Below, piece after piece: positions 60,310-64,000 of a stretch of DNA of 64,000 nucleotides. The stretch comes from Squalus acanthias (lineage: Eukaryota). The translations under genes were made by a program, and so were the position numbers. Every line of letters begins with the position of its first letter. Within the stretch, counting starts at the first letter, position 1. The notes beneath the pieces were generated by a model. The model ran no database searches, was not told the DNA's origin, and worked only from the letters and a program-made list of their open reading frames with translations. The stretch spans positions 39,000,001 to 39,064,000 of the forward strand of contig CM059432.1 in the NCBI GenBank assembly GCA_030390025.1, read 5' to 3'.

Positions 60310-61890
60310 TTCTACCGATATTGACAAGTCACCTGGTCCAGATGGCTTGCATCCCAGGTTGCGAAGGAAATTGGGGGAGGAAATAACGGAAGGGCTTGCC
60401 ATAATTTTCCAATCTTCCCTAAATGTGTGGGAGGTGCCTGAGGATTGGAAAGTGGCAAATGTGACACCATTGTTCAAGAAAGGGTGTAAGGACAATCCTA
60501 GTAACTACAGGCCGGTCAGTTTAACATCAGTGGTGGGTAAAGTTTTAGAAACAATAATCAAGGAAAAAATTAACGAGCATTTGGAGAAGTTTAAGCTAAT
60601 TAAGGAGAGCCAACACGGGTTTGTAAAAGGCAGATCGTGTTTGACTAATCTAATTGAATTTTTTGATGAAGTAACAGAGAGGATTGATGAAGGGAATGCA
60701 ATGGATGTTGTCTACATGGATTTTAGGAATGCGTTTGACAAAGTACCACATAGAAGGCTGGTTAACAAAATTGAGGCTTATGGAATAGGTGGGTCAGTGG
60801 CAGCTTGGATAAGGAATTGGCTTAAGGACAGAAAACAGCGAGTTGTGGTAAATGGCTGTTTTTCAGAATGGAGGATGGTAGACAGTGGTGTTCCCCAAGG
60901 GTCAGTGCTGGGGCCACTGCTTTTTTTGATATGTATAAATGACCTGGATATTGGAATACAAAGTAGAATTTCTAAATTTGCCGATGACACCAAACTTGGG
61001 GGTGTGGCAAACAGTGATGATGATATCAATCGACTGCAACAGGACATAGAAAGGCTAGCAGAATGGGCAGACAAGTGGCAGATGGAATTTAATATAGAGA
61101 AGTGTGAGGTGATGCATTTTGGCAGAAGGAACAGGGAGAGGCAATATACACTTAATGGCACAGTTTTAAAGAGTGTGCAGGGACAGAGGGATCTGGGAGT
61201 TAATGTGCATAGGTCCCTGAAGGTGGCAGGACATATTGAGAGAGTGGTTAACAAAGCATATGGGATCTTGGGCTTCATAAATAGAGGTATTGAGTACAAA
61301 AGTAGAGAAGTTATGCTGAACCTTTATAAAGCGCTGGTTAGGCCACAACTGGAGTATTGCATCCAGTTCTGGTCACCACACTTTAGGATGGATGTGAAGG
61401 CCCTTGAGAGGGTGCAGAGGAGATTTACCAGAATGGTTCCGGGGATGGGGGATCTTTGCTACAAGGACAGGTTGGAGGAGCTGGATTTATTTTCATTAGA
61501 GCAAGGGAGGTTGAGGGGTGATTTGATAGAGGTGTACAAGATTATGACGGGTTTGGATAGGCTAGACGGGGAAAGACTGTTCCCACTAGTTGATGGTACA
61601 AGGACTAGGAGACACAGATTTAAGGTTTTGGGCAAGAGATACAGGGGGGATGTGAGGAAAAACTTTTTTACGCAGTGAGTGGTGATGACCTGGAATTCGC
61701 TGCCGACGGAAGTGGTGGAAGCGGAGACACTCAATGTTTTCAAGGGGAGACTGGATAGGCACTTGAGGGAAATAAACTTGCAGGGCTACGGGGATAGAGC
61801 GGGGGAATGGGACTGACTGGATTGCTCCACAGAGAGCCGGCAGGGACTTGATGGGCCGAATGGCCTCCTTCTGTGATGTTATTACTCTAT
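60310..61890 (+). mobile_element. CR1 LINE fragment
   Basis: ORF 60233-61678 with RT motifs; (ACTCTAT) tail. Confidence 0.92.
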
Positions 61891-62783
61891 GGGGGAGAAA
61901 TTCAGTATCGCCCCATTTGGGGCGCAATTATCGGCCTGGCGCAAAGATTAGCACCTGGCGCTAATTATCGCCACCGACTGCAAACTTGACTTTTATCGCC
62001 CCTGGAGGTGATTGCAGCGCTAAATCAGGCGCTTCACACCTGTCTTAAGGCTCAAAGGCCGAGGAGCGAGGCGCTACCTCAGAGCGCTGGCGAAGCTCAT
62101 GTAATGTCAGTCAGCAATGGAACACACACACAATGGCACGGGCCAGTTCTTAAAGGGAATGGTTAATCTTGCTTTCCATCCACATCCTGCTCATTGCAGC
62201 CTTGAATCTCTGCCTGGAGAGACCTGCACATCAAATGTGCTGGAAAGAACAATGGAGAGTACCAGGCAAAGAGCTCAGAGTGCAGCCCCCACAGTCTCTG
62301 CTAAATCGATACAAGGAATGGCAAATCAAAATGAACCTGCAAAGTGCTGCTCAGTACCCAAAACTCCTTCACACAACGTTGAATCTCTCCAGAAGTCTCT
62401 CCCTCTCTCTCTCAGAATGCGTAGTTCAAAAATGGCACCAACAATAAAAGGCAGGAAGCGGTCACCTTTAAATAGCGCTCCCCCTTTCCCTTCATGACTG
62501 CAGAACGCTCCCCTCAACCTGTCGTTGCTAGCGTCAGGCGGTAAGGCAGGGGGCGCCACTCAATATCCGCTCCGGGGCGATACCGGGGCGTTGCGCACTC
62601 GAGTGACGTCATGATCTGCCGGCTCAGGAGATCGTGGCGGTAGTGTTTAGCGCCGCCGCAAAATGTCTAGTTAATTTCGCGAGCAGCGCAAACTTTGCCG
62701 CGCCTGGGCGCTAGATGCTTTGCACCCCATTAGCGCCCTCTTAAGGCGCTAACGGGAGGCGCAACCAACTGAATTTTTCCCCC
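61891..62783 (-). mobile_element. 893-bp internal-deletion derivative of the 36176-49766 Harbinger family
   Basis: TIRs GGGGGAGAAATTCAG / CTGAATTTTTCCCCC; TSD TAT; ends are reverse complements of the full element's ends; keeps the Myb leader (HPAHCSLES.PGETC). Confidence 0.88.
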
Positions 62784-64000
62784 TATGACTCTATGTTGAG
62801 GATACCGACATCTTGTATTCTTTCAGCCACATCGCTGGCCAAGTATGGCCAGCACCGTCTCCTCCATGGGGGTGAGGTGATGCAGGTGAGCCTGTCCCCC
62901 TCCGGTTATGTTCTGCTGGCGCTTGTTATGCGCCACCTTGGCCTGCAAGAGAAGCGGAAGTGTGTCAGTGAGTGTGATGTAATGTGTTTGGGTGATGTGG
63001 CTTCCATGGTTGATTAGCTGACAGTGTGTTCAAGCTGTGAGATGTGGGTTTGAGTGGTAAGTGTGTGCGGGTGAGATGAAGCTATGAATGTAAAGGTGTG
63101 AGTCGTTTTTGGTAGCGATTGTTGGTAGGTGAGTGATGGGGGTGTGCTGCAATGAGCATTGTGTGAAGCTAGTGGTGCAGATGGAGGGACAGGGCATTTG
63201 AAGATGAATTCACTGATCTTGACCACTCGTGTGAGGTCATTAAACTTTTTCCTGCACTGTTCAGGTCCTCGGGGCTACGCTGCTGGCATTTACCACAGTG
63301 GCTATCTGCTCCCACTGCACTCTTGTCTGTTGCCTGGAGGGCCTCTTGGCCTCCTGTGGAAAGAGGACCTCTCTCCTGGAACTGACCTCCTGGACAAAGG
63401 CCTCCGGTGCAGCATCAGAAAACCTTGGTGCACGCTCTCTCCCCTGTTGTGCCATCATTGGCCCAAAAATTAGTGCCGCTACGCGAGAGTACGCAGTGCG
63501 TACTCTCGCGTATTCTGTCTCCAATTGCCGGTTTTCTGCTTGCACTGCGCATGCGCTGAAAACCGGCACTTGGTGAATGGAAAAGGGGGCGGGTCCTAGG
63601 TGAACCGCGTGCGCGCTACAGGCTGTGCGCACGCTGTGCACTTAGTGGTTTCAACGCGCAGGTAAGTACGGAAGATTCTACACATAAAAAAAGGAGGAGT
63701 AAGACCCACTTTTAACAAGGTAAGTAGTGAATTAAGTATTATTTTGAATTTTTTTTAACAGGTGTATCTTTTTTAGAGACTTTAAAGACAGGTAAGTTTA
63801 TTTTTATAACTTTTTAAAAGATTTTTAATTTTTTCAAAAATTTAATTTTTTATTTAAAATGGTTAATTTATTTAACTATACTTATTTTATTAATGTGATG
63901 GTTTTTAAAAAAAATTTAATTGAGGTTTAGCGGTTCTTTTGGGGGGCTATAGTATTCATAACTTTCACAGCACTTATGTGAAAGTTATGAATGGAAGATG

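Larger units (their letters stand above)
59560..63460 (-). pseudogene. Further degenerate Harbinger Myb/SANT gene (exon 1 about 63460-63215, exon 2 about 62942-62806, exon 3 from about 59992); intron 2 carries a 2.65-kb insertion
   Basis: RERAPRFSDAA..REVLFPQ..WEQIA; AKVAHNKRQQNITGGG parallels exon 2 of the intact gene; TGAGGAT flanks the insertion. Confidence 0.65.

Noticed and set aside
63954..63992. 16-bp inverted repeat as a terminator or ncRNA
   Set aside because: Lies in a probable transposon subterminal region cut by the window edge; no further support.

Overview
This is vertebrate genomic DNA made almost entirely of transposable elements; the CR1/L2/RTE LINEs, DeuSINE-like SINE and Harbinger families suggest a cartilaginous fish (inference). 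No host protein-coding gene was recognised. The centrepiece is a three-level nest at 34.1-51.4 kb: an old CR1 LINE is interrupted by a complete PIF/Harbinger DNA transposon (36176-49766, TAA TSD, intact 3-exon Myb/SANT gene), and its transposase is in turn split by a young 9350-bp LTR retroelement on the minus strand (37375-46724). That element has a CATC TSD, two 1647-bp LTRs with about 5 differences, and an 18-nt tRNA-Arg-type PBS, but no pol. It encodes (1) a Gag with coiled coil, overlapping PSAP/PPxY late domains and a CCHC knuckle; (2) an in-frame non-enzymatic ORF behind a UGA-CUAG readthrough-type stop; and (3) an uninterrupted ~783-aa class I fusion envelope resembling paramyxovirus/baculovirus F-type proteins (lokiretrovirus-like), with an apparent immunoglobulin domain in its N-terminal part. 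The rest of the window holds many truncated CR1 copies, degenerate Harbinger copies and their MITEs, an RTE fragment, minisatellites and a few inverted repeats.
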